Shown piece by piece: positions 36,571 to 45,590 of a stretch of DNA of 64,000 nt. Each line of letters starts with the position of its first letter. The first letter of the stretch is position 1. A program made the position numbers and the translations under genes. Under the pieces are notes generated by a model that ran no database searches, was not told the DNA's origin, and worked only from the letters and a program-made list of their open reading frames with translations. This DNA comes from Escherichia phage kaaroe: sequence record MN850574.1. One strand, 5' to 3'.

Positions 36571-37774
36571 TGTTCTTGATAATGGATGGCCTCGTGAAGA
36601 CCGAACTGGGGTAGGTACGCTATCTAAATTCGGCGCAGAGATGCGAATTGATTTAAGCAAGGGTTTCCCATTACTGACCACTAAAAAGATGGCTACAGCC
36701 TCTGTAATTGGCGAATTGCTATGGTTTATGGAGGGATCACTTGACCGCCGTCGCTTACAGGAAATTACACGCGGTAAGTTTGACGAAGAAGCCTTCGACA
36801 TTTGGCGCGGCAACTGTCTTGATATGAAAGAAAAGAATCCTTTGCGATTCAATGGTTATAATGTCGGCAATATGTATGGTATGGCATGGCGACGCAAACC
36901 GATTCATCCACACGGTGAAATCAAAATTAAGCGCGTTAAGAGCAAATATGCACATACATTTAAGCACCCGTGGGTAGAAGACTTTACGCCAACCAATGAA
37001 ACAGAAGACCGTTTATGTGCTATCTGGCGTGGTATGCGTTATGAAGAGTTTGATTCTGAATATAATCAATTCTTAGTAGCAGACCACTGGAAGACTCAAT
37101 CTAATTTTGTTAATGATGCATATTGCTTGTGGGGATTCCAGGAATGGGTAGATGATGGTTATTTCGGTTATCTGCTTGATAGTGATTATCTGGGCGGGGA
37201 TATTTTAGCGCCAGATACCACGATCTTTGCTAGTATGGACGTAGACACATCGAGCACTAAAGACGATGAAGAATATGTCTATCGACCGAAGATTTGGGAA
37301 GACCAGTTACAAAACGTGATTGAACAAATTAAAAACAATCCAACGGATCGACGTATCATCATTGACTCATGGAACGTACAAGGAACACATAATGCTGTAT
37401 TAGGTGTATGTCATCCTTTCGTGCAATTCTACGTCAATGAAGGTAAACTGTCTTGTATGTGGTTTCAGCGAAGCGTAGACAGCTTTTTAGGCTTGCCCTT
37501 TAACGTCGCCAGCTATGCGCTGTTAACTCACATCATAGCGAAAATGTGTGATCTTGAGGTAGGAGAACTGATTTTCTCTGGTGGAGATACTCACATTTAC
37601 AAAAACCATTTTGATCAAGTTATGGAACAGTTAAGCCGTGTTCCGTTTGATAAACCAACGATTGAGTTGCCGGAATTTAAATCTTTAGATGAGGTATTGA
37701 CAAAGACTCCGAAAGACTTTAAAATTCACAACTATCAAAGCCATCCAGCAATCACCGCTCAAATGGCAGTATAA
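36542..37774 (+). CDS. td: thymidylate synthase with ~105-aa in-frame insertion, no intron
   Basis: DRTGVGT, LLTTKK, DRRIIIDSWN, CHPFVQFYV, QRSVDSFLGLPFNVASYALL, SGGDTHIYKNH conserved; 410 aa versus 286 in T4. Confidence 0.93.
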   Translation: MKEYLKLLRDVLDNGWPREDRTGVGTLSKFGAEMRIDLSKGFPLLTTKKMATASVIGELLWFMEGSLDRRRLQEITRGKFDEEAFDIWRGNCLDMKEKNPLRFNGYNVGNMYGMAWRRKPIHPHGEIKIKRVKSKYAHTFKHPWVEDFTPTNETEDRLCAIWRGMRYEEFDSEYNQFLVADHWKTQSNFVNDAYCLWGFQEWVDDGYFGYLLDSDYLGGDILAPDTTIFASMDVDTSSTKDDEEYVYRPKIWEDQLQNVIEQIKNNPTDRRIIIDSWNVQGTHNAVLGVCHPFVQFYVNEGKLSCMWFQRSVDSFLGLPFNVASYALLTHIIAKMCDLEVGELIFSGGDTHIYKNHFDQVMEQLSRVPFDKPTIELPEFKSLDEVLTKTPKDFKIHNYQSHPAITAQMAV

Positions 37775-37779
37775 ACAAA

Positions 37780-37795
37780 GGGGGCGAAAGCCCCC
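37780..37795 (+). other. GNRA-tetraloop hairpin GGGGGCGAAAGCCCCC downstream of td
   Basis: Perfect stem-loop without a T-run; identical to the minus-strand element at 26052-26067. Confidence 0.5.
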
Positions 37796-37842
37796 AATAT
37801 GGAGGATAAACTTGTTCCTGCTAAAATATGAAGTGAGGTAAT

Positions 37843-40086
37843 ATGATTAAAAATGTTGTTAAGTCTTCCGGTCTGACTGTTCCTTTTGAAAAAGAAAAAG
37901 TAATGAAAATTCTGGAAGCGGCAGCCGAAGGTCATAACGTTGATCCATATGAATTGTTTGATATGGTTGAACCACTTCTGACAGAAGGTATGTCTACCAA
38001 CGATATCCAGAAAGTATTGATTAAGGTCGCAGCAGATAACATTACTGTAGAAACACCCGATTATCAATATGTAGCAAGTAACCTTGCAATGTTCGCGCTT
38101 CGCAAATCAGTATACGGTCAATTCCAACCGATTGATTTTTACAGCCATATTGAGCGTAATATTGCAACCGGAAAATATGATCGCGAAATTCTGCAAAAGT
38201 ATTCCCGTGAAGAAGTGGAATATCTGGAGAAATTCATCGACCATAAACTTGATTTTAAAATGACCTATGCTGGTGCGATGCAGTTAAAAGAGAAATATCT
38301 TGTTCAAGATCGCAGCACTAAGAAAATCATCGAAACACCGCAATTTGCGTATATGCTGATCGGTATGTGCTTGCATCAAGAAGAGACAGAAAATCGACTT
38401 GAACATGTGATTGATTTTTATAATGCGGTTGCGAATAAGCAAATCTCTCTGCCTACTCCGATTATGGCAGGTGTGCGTACCCCAACACGCCAATTTAGTT
38501 CGTGTGTGGTGATTGAAAGTGATGACTCATTGCAGGGTATTAATGAAACCGCAAATGCAATCATCAAGTATATTAGCAAGCGTGCTGGTATCGGTATCAA
38601 CGCTGGCATGATTCGCGCGGAAGGATCTAAGATCGGGCATGGTGAAGTTCGTCATACTGGAGTTATCCCATTCTGGAAACATTTTCAGACTGCCGTTAAG
38701 TCATGCTCACAAGGCGGTATTCGTGGCGGGGCAGCGACACTCTATTACCCAATGTGGCATTTAGAGTTTGAAAGTCTGATTGTGTTAAAGAACAATAAGG
38801 GCGTGGAAGATAACCGCATTCGCCATCTTGACTACGGCGTACAGATTAATAACCTGATGGTAGAGCGATTCCTTAAACGGGATTACATTACTCTGTTTAG
38901 TCCAGATGTTGCGGGTGGCTTGTTGTGGGATCTGTACTTCCGAGACGAGGAAGGTTTCCGCCAACTTTACGAAAAACTGGAAAAAGATCCGAGTGTTCGT
39001 AAAACTCGTGTTAAAGCCGAAGACCTGTTTTTAGCGGTGGCAATTGAACGTTTTAACACTGGTCGAATCTATCCAACGTTCACAGACAACATGAACAATC
39101 ACGGGGCGTTTATTCGTAATGTAGCACCGATTAAACAATCTAACCTGTGTTGTGAAATTGCTCTGCCTACTAAACCGATGGGTCGTGATGATTCAGAGAT
39201 CAGCCTATGTACTTTGGCAGCATATGTTTTAGGAAACTTTGATATCGAAAATATGGAAGAAGTAGAACGCATTGCTATGGTTATGGTGCGTGCACTTGAC
39301 AACCTGTTAGATTATCAGGATTATCCTGTAGAGCAAGCTATGACAGCCAAAAAACGTCGCTCTCTGGGTGTTGGGGTGACTAACTTTGCATCGTATCTCG
39401 CGGATAATTTCTTCACATATGAAGACGCTAACGAGTTTACGCATAAAACGTTTGAACGCTTGCAATATGCTCTGATTAAGGCTAGTGTGCAACTGGCTAA
39501 AGAGAAGGGTGCTTGCGAACTGATGCACGAAACCCGCTATGGTCGCGGTGAACTGCCTATCGACTGGTACAAAAAGACAGTAGATGAACTGGTTGATCCG
39601 GTGTATGAGATGGATTGGGAAGAACTGCGCGAAGACCTGAAAAAATATGGCATTCGTAATAGTACGCTTTCGGCTCTGATGCCTTGTGAGTCGTCTTCTC
39701 AGGTATCTAACAGCACAAACGGTATTGAACCACCTCGCGGGATTGTATCGGTTAAAGGATCGAAAGAAGGGCAATTTAATCAGGTTATTCCGAACGTAGA
39801 GAATAATGCTGATGTTATTGACCTGCTTTGGACACTGATCAAGAAAGGTAACAAGCCCTATCTGACACTGGCAGCGATCATGCAGAAGTTTGTAGATCAG
39901 GCGATTAGTTCCAATACATCCTATGATCCAAGCACTTATAAGACTGGTAAAGTCGATATTGCTGATGTGTTAGATGATATGTTGTTCGCTCAACATTACG
40001 GTCTGAAAACCCTGTATTATGCGAACGTTCGCGACGGTGCAGATGGTACGGAAGACGCTAGCGAGTGCTCATCTTGCAAGCTGTAA
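37843..40086 (+). CDS. nrdA: ribonucleotide reductase large subunit (class Ia NrdA)
   Basis: ATP-cone N-terminus, SSCVVIE-like, ESSSQVSNSTNGIEP and other NrdA motifs; 747 aa. Confidence 0.95.
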   Translation: MIKNVVKSSGLTVPFEKEKVMKILEAAAEGHNVDPYELFDMVEPLLTEGMSTNDIQKVLIKVAADNITVETPDYQYVASNLAMFALRKSVYGQFQPIDFYSHIERNIATGKYDREILQKYSREEVEYLEKFIDHKLDFKMTYAGAMQLKEKYLVQDRSTKKIIETPQFAYMLIGMCLHQEETENRLEHVIDFYNAVANKQISLPTPIMAGVRTPTRQFSSCVVIESDDSLQGINETANAIIKYISKRAGIGINAGMIRAEGSKIGHGEVRHTGVIPFWKHFQTAVKSCSQGGIRGGAATLYYPMWHLEFESLIVLKNNKGVEDNRIRHLDYGVQINNLMVERFLKRDYITLFSPDVAGGLLWDLYFRDEEGFRQLYEKLEKDPSVRKTRVKAEDLFLAVAIERFNTGRIYPTFTDNMNNHGAFIRNVAPIKQSNLCCEIALPTKPMGRDDSEISLCTLAAYVLGNFDIENMEEVERIAMVMVRALDNLLDYQDYPVEQAMTAKKRRSLGVGVTNFASYLADNFFTYEDANEFTHKTFERLQYALIKASVQLAKEKGACELMHETRYGRGELPIDWYKKTVDELVDPVYEMDWEELREDLKKYGIRNSTLSALMPCESSSQVSNSTNGIEPPRGIVSVKGSKEGQFNQVIPNVENNADVIDLLWTLIKKGNKPYLTLAAIMQKFVDQAISSNTSYDPSTYKTGKVDIADVLDDMLFAQHYGLKTLYYANVRDGADGTEDASECSSCKL

Positions 40087-40094
40087 AATAAGTG

Positions 40095-40123
40095 TTGACG
40101 CGGGGAGAAATCCCCGCTATAAT
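40095..40123 (+). promoter_or_regulatory. sigma70-type early promoter with palindromic spacer
   Basis: TTGACG-17-TATAAT; spacer is CGGGGAGAAATCCCCG. Confidence 0.6.
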
Positions 40124-40154
40124 ACAACCATCAAAAACAAGTGAGGATTTTATT

Positions 40155-40323
40155 ATGACCAAATTAAAATGTGTTGCTGTAGATTTTTGAACTAGCTGAT
40201 AGCTTTGTTGTTGGTGATGAATATGATGCTCAACATGATGGGACTTGCTACTACGTCGAGGATGAATATGGTGTAGAATGGGCGATTCTTCCTGATGATA
40301 AATGTTTTGAGGTTGTCGGATAA
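40155..40323 (+). CDS. small ORF interrupted by +1 frame change at TTT-TGA (programmed frameshift or homopolymer error)
   Basis: MTKLKCVAVDF stops at UGA after UUU; +1 frame continues ELADSFVVGDEYDAQHDGTCYYVEDEYGVEWAILPDDKCFEVVG with no start codon of its own. Confidence 0.4.
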
Positions 40324-40496
40324 TGGCTACTGTATGGTTATTGATTGCAATCAGCAATTCAATGTATAATTACGGAAATATGTCAAGCATTGAATTTGCA
40401 ACAAAGCAGGATTGCGTTAAAGCTCGCGAGATTATCCGCGAAGACAATAAACGCTTTATGAATCTATATTGCGTTGAAAAACAAAAGGTGAACTAA
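40323..40496 (+). CDS. small hydrophobic-N-terminus protein (57 aa), tandem paralog A
   Basis: MATVWLLIAISNS...; start overlaps upstream stop (TAATG). Confidence 0.5.
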   Translation: MATVWLLIAISNSMYNYGNMSSIEFATKQDCVKAREIIREDNKRFMNLYCVEKQKVN

Positions 40497-40663
40497 TGGC
40501 TACATTATGGTTATTGCTTTCCGTTAGCGTAGGCTCATATAATAAAGGAACTGTTACCAGCGTGGAGTTTTCATCACATCAAAGCTGTTTTGAAGCCGTG
40601 CAGGAATTGCAACAGGATAACGAAATAAACAGAAATACTAAGTTCTTTTGTGTTAAAAAGTGA
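40496..40663 (+). CDS. small hydrophobic-N-terminus protein (55 aa), tandem paralog B
   Basis: MATLWLLLSVSVG..., same length and conserved Cys spacing as paralog A; TAATG overlap. Confidence 0.5.
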   Translation: MATLWLLLSVSVGSYNKGTVTSVEFSSHQSCFEAVQELQQDNEINRNTKFFCVKK

Positions 40664-40678
40664 TAGTGAGGTGAATTA

Positions 40679-41839
40679 ATGAGCGTATTTAACCGCGAAC
40701 ATGTTGATATTATGAACGAACCAATGTTTCTGGGTAGTGGGTTGGGTATCGCTCGCTATGATATTCAGCGTCATCAAGTATTTGAAGAACTGATCGAAAA
40801 GCAATTGTCATTTTTCTGGCGTCCAGAAGAAATTTCACTTGCAACCGACCGCATTCAATATCTTAATATGGGTGACGTTGAAAAGCGTTTCTTTACTGAA
40901 AACTTGAAGTATCAGACATTACTTGATTCTATTCAAGGTCGCGCACCGTCCGCAGCATTTGGTCCAATTGTATCTGATCCAACTCTCGATACATGGTTGC
41001 AAACATGGACATTCAGCGAAACGATTCATAGCCGAAGCTATACACACATTATGCGTAACTGTTTCATTGATCCGGCTAGTGAGTTCGACCAGATCATCGA
41101 TAACCCTGCTATCATGAAGCGAGCGGAATCTATCGGGAAATATTATGATGATGTTCTTTATTGGATTCGTAAGTATGAGAATGCAAAAGAAGATCTCCGC
41201 TATTGGGAAGAACGAGACGACCAGACAGCATTAGATGATGCAAGAAGATTTTTTGAAGATACAAAACGAGATCTGATGGCTTCGATTTATCTGTGTGCAC
41301 ACTGCGTCAATGCACTGGAAGCAATTCGTTTTTATGTGTCCTTTGCATGTACTTTCAGCTTTGCCGAACGTGGTTTACTGGAAGGTAACGCGAAGATCAT
41401 GAAATTTATTGCGCGTGATGAACAACTTCACTTAAAAGGCACACAATACATTATTCGTCAATGGCAAACGGGGGTTGATGGTGATGAGTGGAAACAGATT
41501 GCGGAAGAACTTGAAGGCGAAGCAACGAAAATCTTTCTGGATGTTGTCGAGCAAGAAAAAGAATGGGTAGACCACCTATTCGCAATGGGGGCAATTCCTA
41601 ACCTGTCACCGGAAATTCTGAAAACCTATGTAGAATACCTGGCAGATTCCCGTATGCGTGCTGCCGGACTGAAAAGCCCGTTTAGTGTTCGTCGTCATCC
41701 GTTACCGTGGATGCGTAAATGGTTGAACTCTGACGAAGTACAGAATGCAGCGCAGGAAGTAGAGATTATGTATCTGGTATCTCAGGTTAATACCGATTTA
41801 ACAGATGACGACTACAACCGATTCGGGAAATATCTATGA
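40679..41839 (+). CDS. nrdB: ribonucleotide reductase small subunit (NrdB)
   Basis: Diiron/tyrosyl radical motifs (FSETIHSRSYTHI, FACTFSFAERG, ARDEQLH); 386 aa, uninterrupted. Confidence 0.95.
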   Translation: MSVFNREHVDIMNEPMFLGSGLGIARYDIQRHQVFEELIEKQLSFFWRPEEISLATDRIQYLNMGDVEKRFFTENLKYQTLLDSIQGRAPSAAFGPIVSDPTLDTWLQTWTFSETIHSRSYTHIMRNCFIDPASEFDQIIDNPAIMKRAESIGKYYDDVLYWIRKYENAKEDLRYWEERDDQTALDDARRFFEDTKRDLMASIYLCAHCVNALEAIRFYVSFACTFSFAERGLLEGNAKIMKFIARDEQLHLKGTQYIIRQWQTGVDGDEWKQIAEELEGEATKIFLDVVEQEKEWVDHLFAMGAIPNLSPEILKTYVEYLADSRMRAAGLKSPFSVRRHPLPWMRKWLNSDEVQNAAQEVEIMYLVSQVNTDLTDDDYNRFGKYL

Positions 41840-42312
41840 TATATTTTGTCGATTTAGATTTTACGATCACAGATCCAACACATCGACTAGCAAAGATGCC
41901 AACCGAAAATCTTGATAAAGTCGAGTCATGGATCGAATATAACAAAGCATGTGGGGGAGATTCCCCCATTTACGATGTAATTCGTGTTATTAATGCTCTT
42001 TCCGACAACGGGCATTTGATTTACATCCTCACCGGACGAAGTTCACATGCTTACATGGAAACAATTGATTGGTTAATTTCTAACGGGGTGTGTTTTGATA
42101 AAATCTTTATGAGAGGCCGTACCGATTCCCGTAAAGATTATCACATCAAATTAGAGGTAATTAAATCCTTTGATAAAGATGAAGTTGTCGGAGTCTTTGA
42201 GGATAACCCAGAAGTGATTAAAGTTTTGCGTGAAAATGGTTATCGTGTCTTTGACGTAGGAAATCACAAAGATAAGACGCGAGCGGATATTGCAAATCAC
42301 GGTCATGATTAA
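41836..42312 (+). CDS. HAD-superfamily phosphatase-like protein
   Basis: N-terminal DxDxT motif (FVDLDFTIT); start overlaps nrdB stop. Confidence 0.6.
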   Translation: MIYFVDLDFTITDPTHRLAKMPTENLDKVESWIEYNKACGGDSPIYDVIRVINALSDNGHLIYILTGRSSHAYMETIDWLISNGVCFDKIFMRGRTDSRKDYHIKLEVIKSFDKDEVVGVFEDNPEVIKVLRENGYRVFDVGNHKDKTRADIANHGHD

Positions 42313-42323
42313 TGTTTGTTCAA

Positions 42324-42348
42324 AGTCGCCCATAGTGGCGACTTTTTT
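42324..42348 (+). terminator. rho-independent terminator
   Basis: GTCGCC-CATAGT-GGCGAC followed by TTTTTTGTT. Confidence 0.7.
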
Positions 42349-42359
42349 GTTATTGGGTG

Positions 42360-42388
42360 TTGACAATCTGATCTTGCCATAGCATAAT
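42360..42388 (+). promoter_or_regulatory. sigma70-type early promoter
   Basis: TTGACA-17-CATAAT, leader ACGCACATCGAAACGGAGGAA, ATG 42413. Confidence 0.6.
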
Positions 42389-42412
42389 ACGCACATCGAA
42401 ACGGAGGAACAT

Positions 42413-42631
42413 ATGGAAACAGAAGAACAAGTCATTGCATATTTTCATCGTAAAAAGATGAAACTTAGAATTGAAAAGCAGTACATCAATCACTACATTG
42501 ACCGAGTTCACTTAACAAGTACACCTTACCTATTCCGGTTGATAAACCCTAGAAAACGGTGGGAGAAGTTGGATAGAAACACAAAAATAATTGATAAGCT
42601 CACCCAGTGGTGGAATGAATACAACAAGTAA
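42413..42631 (+). CDS. hypothetical protein
   Basis: ATG after conserved leader. Confidence 0.55.
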   Translation: METEEQVIAYFHRKKMKLRIEKQYINHYIDRVHLTSTPYLFRLINPRKRWEKLDRNTKIIDKLTQWWNEYNK

Positions 42632-42638
42632 AAAGTAG

Positions 42639-42667
42639 TTGACACTGAATAACGGGGGTAGTAAGAT
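42639..42667 (+). promoter_or_regulatory. sigma70-type early promoter with dyad over -10
   Basis: TTGACA-17-TAAGAT; GGGGGTA/TACTCCC dyad; ATG 42701. Confidence 0.55.
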
Positions 42668-42700
42668 ACTCCCATCGAAACGAAACAAAGGAGAATCAAA

Positions 42701-42919
42701 ATGAAATTTACTTGCACCGACTCTATCAGCAAACACTTTGTAGTAGGCGAAGTATACGAATCTACTACCATTCGCCAGCGTGACCTGATGGGTCGCCTTT
42801 ACAATCAGCCAGTATTCATTATTGGCGAAGAATTGTTCTACATTGAAAACCGTCCGTGGGTTGCTTTCAATAAACGAGGACGCAAGGTAGCAAAATTCGA
42901 ACTTGTCATTAAAAAGTAG
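42701..42919 (+). CDS. hypothetical protein
   Basis: AGGAGAATCAAA-ATG cassette. Confidence 0.55.
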   Translation: MKFTCTDSISKHFVVGEVYESTTIRQRDLMGRLYNQPVFIIGEELFYIENRPWVAFNKRGRKVAKFELVIKK

Positions 42920-42948
42920 TTGACAGCATGAAACGGGGGTAGTAATAT
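42920..42948 (+). promoter_or_regulatory. sigma70-type early promoter with dyad over -10
   Basis: TTGACA-17-TAATAT; GGGGGTA/TACCCCC dyad; ATG 42987. Confidence 0.55.
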
Positions 42949-42986
42949 ACCCCCATCGAAACGAAATACACTTTAAGGAGAATCAA

Positions 42987-43136
42987 ATGAACAACTTTGA
43001 CGCGGTACTGAAAATGGCAATCGAAACTTACGCGGAGATCTCCGGCGAGAAAGTAGAGGACATTATCAAAGAATGTCAGAACTTTGAAAGCCAGACAGCC
43101 AAGAATGTTCAAATGTTGATGTTTGCGGTTGCATAA
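42987..43136 (+). CDS. hypothetical small protein (49 aa)
   Basis: AGGAGAATCAA-ATG cassette; manually translated. Confidence 0.45.
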   Translation: MNNFDAVLKMAIETYAEISGEKVEDIIKECQNFESQTAKNVQMLMFAVA

Positions 43137-43144
43137 AAAAGCAG

Positions 43145-43173
43145 TTGACAGCATATCACGGGAGTAGTAAGAT
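43145..43173 (+). promoter_or_regulatory. sigma70-type early promoter with dyad over -10
   Basis: TTGACA-17-TAAGAT; GGGAGTA/TACTCCC dyad; ATG 43207. Confidence 0.55.
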
Positions 43174-43206
43174 ACTCCCATACCAAAACAACTAAGGAGT
43201 ATCAAG

Positions 43207-43605
43207 ATGATTAAATTTCAAACTCGCAAAGATGTTCTGGACTTCGTTAAAGTTTTCGGTTACGCTGCATTGCAACATGCAATGGACAAAATGACCATCT
43301 CCCCAGATCAGACTATGCTGATCCGTATGGTTAAAGCAACCGCCTACAAAAACGACATTACCCTCTCAGAAATCAACGACGGTAATACTGTTCGCGAGGT
43401 AATTGTTTCTTTCGAATCACCGAAAATTGGCGGTTTTCATACCACGATGTTAGGTGAAATCACTGTCACTGTATACGGGCAAGGTGGCGGAGTGTTTACC
43501 GTCAAAGAAGCAATGGAAAATGGAACGCTGAACAAAGAAAAACTGGAATTTGTCCTGAAAATCATCAAGGAGCGTAACGAAGCTCGCGATATTCTGGAAA
43601 GTTAA
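43207..43605 (+). CDS. hypothetical protein
   Basis: AAGGAGTATCAAG-ATG cassette; followed by terminator. Confidence 0.55.
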   Translation: MIKFQTRKDVLDFVKVFGYAALQHAMDKMTISPDQTMLIRMVKATAYKNDITLSEINDGNTVREVIVSFESPKIGGFHTTMLGEITVTVYGQGGGVFTVKEAMENGTLNKEKLEFVLKIIKERNEARDILES

Positions 43606-43611
43606 TAAGGT

Positions 43612-43637
43612 GGGCGGGAGAAATCCCGCCTTTGTTG
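43612..43637 (+). terminator. rho-independent terminator
   Basis: GGGCGGGA-GAAA-TCCCGCC followed by TTTGTTG. Confidence 0.65.
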
Positions 43638-43655
43638 TGACGTGAGGAAAGGATA

Positions 43656-44117
43656 ATGATTAATGAGCTAATAGAAAACTATGGATTCGTTAAATATTCA
43701 TGTTTAGAGTGTAAAGATGGTGATGTGATTCTGCCGCCTCAGAAGAACCGTTTAAATGTTCTTTACGCTATTGTTGTTGATGATGAACTGGTATACATTG
43801 GTCAGACTGTCAATCTCAGAAAGCGGATCAATTATTACCGGACTAGCATTAACAGACAAACACCAACAGCGGATACTCGCAAGAGTAAGAATATTCATAA
43901 GGCGCTAGAGGAAGGTAAGACAGTAACATTCTATTACCGACAGTGCTTTGAGTTGTACATCGAGAATCCAACGGGTAAGGATATTATAAGCACTGCCGAT
44001 ATCGAAGAACCTGTTTTGATCACCAAATTTAAACCAGAATGGAACACAAATTATGTCAACAAAAGAAAACAACAAAAAAGTTTTAGCATTGTTCAAAAAT
44101 CTGATGGCACTATGTGA
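43656..44117 (+). CDS. GIY-YIG endonuclease (Seg-like homing endonuclease, short form)
   Basis: LYAIVVDDELVYIGQTVNLRKRINYYR contains GIY..YIG..NLRKR motif; 3' end overlaps rnlA by ~65 nt. Confidence 0.65.
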   Translation: MINELIENYGFVKYSCLECKDGDVILPPQKNRLNVLYAIVVDDELVYIGQTVNLRKRINYYRTSINRQTPTADTRKSKNIHKALEEGKTVTFYYRQCFELYIENPTGKDIISTADIEEPVLITKFKPEWNTNYVNKRKQQKSFSIVQKSDGTM

Positions 44118-45222
44118 CGGATCTGATACGTTCTATTACAAAGATGAAATTACGGCGATGCAAACCCGTATGCGCATTTTTAGTTATCTGTACTTGAGCA
44201 AACCGGAAATGTGGAATAAACCAGATGCGTTAGAGTGTCGCGGGATCATGTTTGAAATTGACGATAAAGGTCGTCCGGTCCGCATCGCATCTCGTCCTAT
44301 GGAGAAGTTTTTTAATTTGGGTGAGAATGATCGCGCTCGCTTTAAGCCGGAAGATGTGGAAATGGTCATGGACAAAATGGACGGTAGTCTAGTAAGCACA
44401 TACATTGATAACGGCTATGTTCAGTTGAAGTCTAAAGCGGCCTTGTACTCAAGCCAGGCAGAGAGAGCAAACGGTCTTCTGTATTCAGAGAAGTATGCGG
44501 ATCTACGCGCTAAGATTGCTGATATTGGGTCTGATTATACTTTCAACTTTGAATATACAGCGCCCAGCAACCGAATTGTTGTAGAATATTCTGAACCGTC
44601 GCTAACACTTCTGAATGTACGCCATAACGTCACAGGAGAGTACGTACCGCATCAAATGCTATTTTCTGACGCAATCCTACGTCCTCATCTGGTAAATGCG
44701 TTACAGGTTGATTCAGCGCGTTTTAGCAATATTCTTGATGAAGTTCGGACCGCAGAAGGTATCGAAGGAATTGTTGCACGCACTAAAGACGGTCAAATGT
44801 TCAAAGTGAAGAGTGAATGGTATATTGGTGTGCATAACATTAAAAACACATCGATGTTTCCTAATAACCTGATCTACTATGTCGTAGAAAGCGAAACCGA
44901 TGATTTGCGTGCTGCATATGAAGGCGAACCGGAAGCACTGGAACGAATCGAGCTATTCGAGGAAGCATTCAGGTCTATTCTTCGCAATGCCTTCACGACA
45001 GCAACAGAATTTTATAACGCACACGCGGGAGAAGACAGAAAGACATATGCATCAAATGCGACTATCGAATCACGTAAACATGGTGATGCACAAGCATATA
45101 TTTTCATGTGTCTGATGATTGCATTTGATGGTCTTGATTATGACCGTATTCTGGATTCAATGAAAACTTACTATCTACGGAATTATAAGAAACTTATTCC
45201 GGCTGATAAGATTGATTGGTAA
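44053..45222 (+). CDS. rnlA: RNA ligase 1 (Rnl1, gene 63)
   Basis: ALECRGIMFE, PVRIASRPMEKFFNLGEN, KMDGSLVSTY, NFEYTAPSNRIV, DRKTYA match T4 Rnl1. Confidence 0.93.
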   Translation: MSTKENNKKVLALFKNLMALCDGSDTFYYKDEITAMQTRMRIFSYLYLSKPEMWNKPDALECRGIMFEIDDKGRPVRIASRPMEKFFNLGENDRARFKPEDVEMVMDKMDGSLVSTYIDNGYVQLKSKAALYSSQAERANGLLYSEKYADLRAKIADIGSDYTFNFEYTAPSNRIVVEYSEPSLTLLNVRHNVTGEYVPHQMLFSDAILRPHLVNALQVDSARFSNILDEVRTAEGIEGIVARTKDGQMFKVKSEWYIGVHNIKNTSMFPNNLIYYVVESETDDLRAAYEGEPEALERIELFEEAFRSILRNAFTTATEFYNAHAGEDRKTYASNATIESRKHGDAQAYIFMCLMIAFDGLDYDRILDSMKTYYLRNYKKLIPADKIDW

Positions 45223-45228
45223 TAATAA

Positions 45229-45252
45229 GCGGGGCTAGTTCCCCGCCTTTTG
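45229..45252 (+). terminator. rho-independent terminator
   Basis: GCGGGG-CTAGTT-CCCCGC followed by CTTTTGTCG. Confidence 0.6.
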
Positions 45253-45266
45253 TCGTTGGGGGTAAT

Positions 45267-45590
45267 ATGTCAAAGCTGATATACATTGTTATCATCTCTG
45301 TGTTGCTAGGGGTAGGTGGTAATATGTGGTGGGAAAATAAAAAGGAGGTAGATCGACTGAATCAGGAATTTACAGAGTATAAGAAAAAGACAGATGAAAA
45401 GATGAAGGTCGTAGACTCACTACAAAAGGAGATGTACGGAATAAGAACTAAGTTTGCAGAAGAACAAAACAAAGCAATGAAAGACGCTACACGAGGCTAT
45501 GTAGTAGCACAAAAACCAAAGTTGGTAGAGAAACAGCTTAATGATTCATTTAAGGAGTTTACCGAAGAATTAAAGGAGGCTACTAAATGA
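45267..45590 (+). CDS. putative i-spanin (type II membrane protein with periplasmic coiled coil)
   Basis: N-terminal TM LIYIVIISVLLGVGG then K/E-rich helical region; adjacent to pseT as the T4 spanin pair. Confidence 0.5.
   Translation: MSKLIYIVIISVLLGVGGNMWWENKKEVDRLNQEFTEYKKKTDEKMKVVDSLQKEMYGIRTKFAEEQNKAMKDATRGYVVAQKPKLVEKQLNDSFKEFTEELKEATK

Noticed and set aside
36542-37774. Group I intron in td (as in T4)
   Set aside because: The reading frame is continuous through all conserved thymidylate synthase blocks; the extra length is an in-frame protein insertion, not an intron.
40679-41839. Group I intron or I-TevIII-type insertion in nrdB
   Set aside because: nrdB is a single uninterrupted 386-aa ORF with conserved motifs in order.
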